Assembly (NCBI RefSeq): GCF_037042905.1
Contig: NC_087245.1
Coordinates: forward strand, 29,574,001-29,638,000
Direction: 5' to 3'
Length of the DNA stretch: 64,000 nucleotides
DNA from: Lytechinus pictus
Lineage: Eukaryota
Positions 63,717-64,000 of this stretch are shown piece after piece. The notes beneath the pieces are model-generated. The model worked only from the letters and a program-made list of their open reading frames with translations. It made no database searches and was not told where the DNA came from. The translations under genes and the position numbers were made by a program. The first letter of the stretch is position 1. Each line of letters starts with the position of its first letter.

Positions 63717-64000
63717 GGAGTTACAATCATGTCTTACACTAAGCATTACAAATCAAATACATATACCTGGTAAGCAATTTTTGGGTATCGGGTATTGATT
63801 TTTCTACCCGGGTACCCGAGGCTTCCAGGTGGGACCCAGGTACCCGGGTTTTAGTCTTAGCCCTAGCAATGGGGGAAAATAACTAATATTTTTCTCTAAT
63901 TTTTCTGCTTAATATCAGGATGAACGTCCCCTTAACATATGATTTTGAAAATTATCTATAAAAAAAAATTCTGTGCTAATGAAATAATCAAAGCCACAAT

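Larger units (their letters stand above)
62748..63865 (+). mobile_element. Internally deleted hAT transposon
   Basis: TIR taggcctgggact / agtcttagcccta. Perfect 8-bp TSD gcaatggg at 62740-62747 and 63866-63873. gggtacccg subterminal repeats. Confidence 0.9.

Overview
AT-rich (about 35% GC by eye), CpG-depleted eukaryotic DNA with no credible protein-coding gene. All six-frame ORFs are short, low-complexity or repeat-derived. The repeat repertoire suggests a marine invertebrate deuterostome such as a sea urchin (inference): tRNA-derived SINEs with an L2-type tail, TTAA/Kolobok MITEs, poly-G-ended MITEs, hAT, Harbinger and CMC MITEs, and Helentron-like elements. The window is most likely intronic or 5' non-coding sequence of a large gene, tentatively transcribed on the minus strand. 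About 40 non-autonomous elements can be delimited, many by TIRs and target-site duplications (TSDs), and several are nested. The two strongest unexplained signals are these. (1) Pervasive 6-bp micro-insertions at TA dinucleotides (TA>TACATGTA, TAGGCCTA, TACCGGTA), shown by comparing paralogous repeat copies within the window, consistent with excision footprints of TA-targeting transposons. (2) A 733-nt AG-free pyrimidine tract on the minus strand, with clustered branch-point motifs at its 5' end and a strong-donor candidate exon at its 3' end, matching distal-branch-point architecture. All coordinates were read by eye and family assignments rest on terminal and TSD signatures, not database searches.
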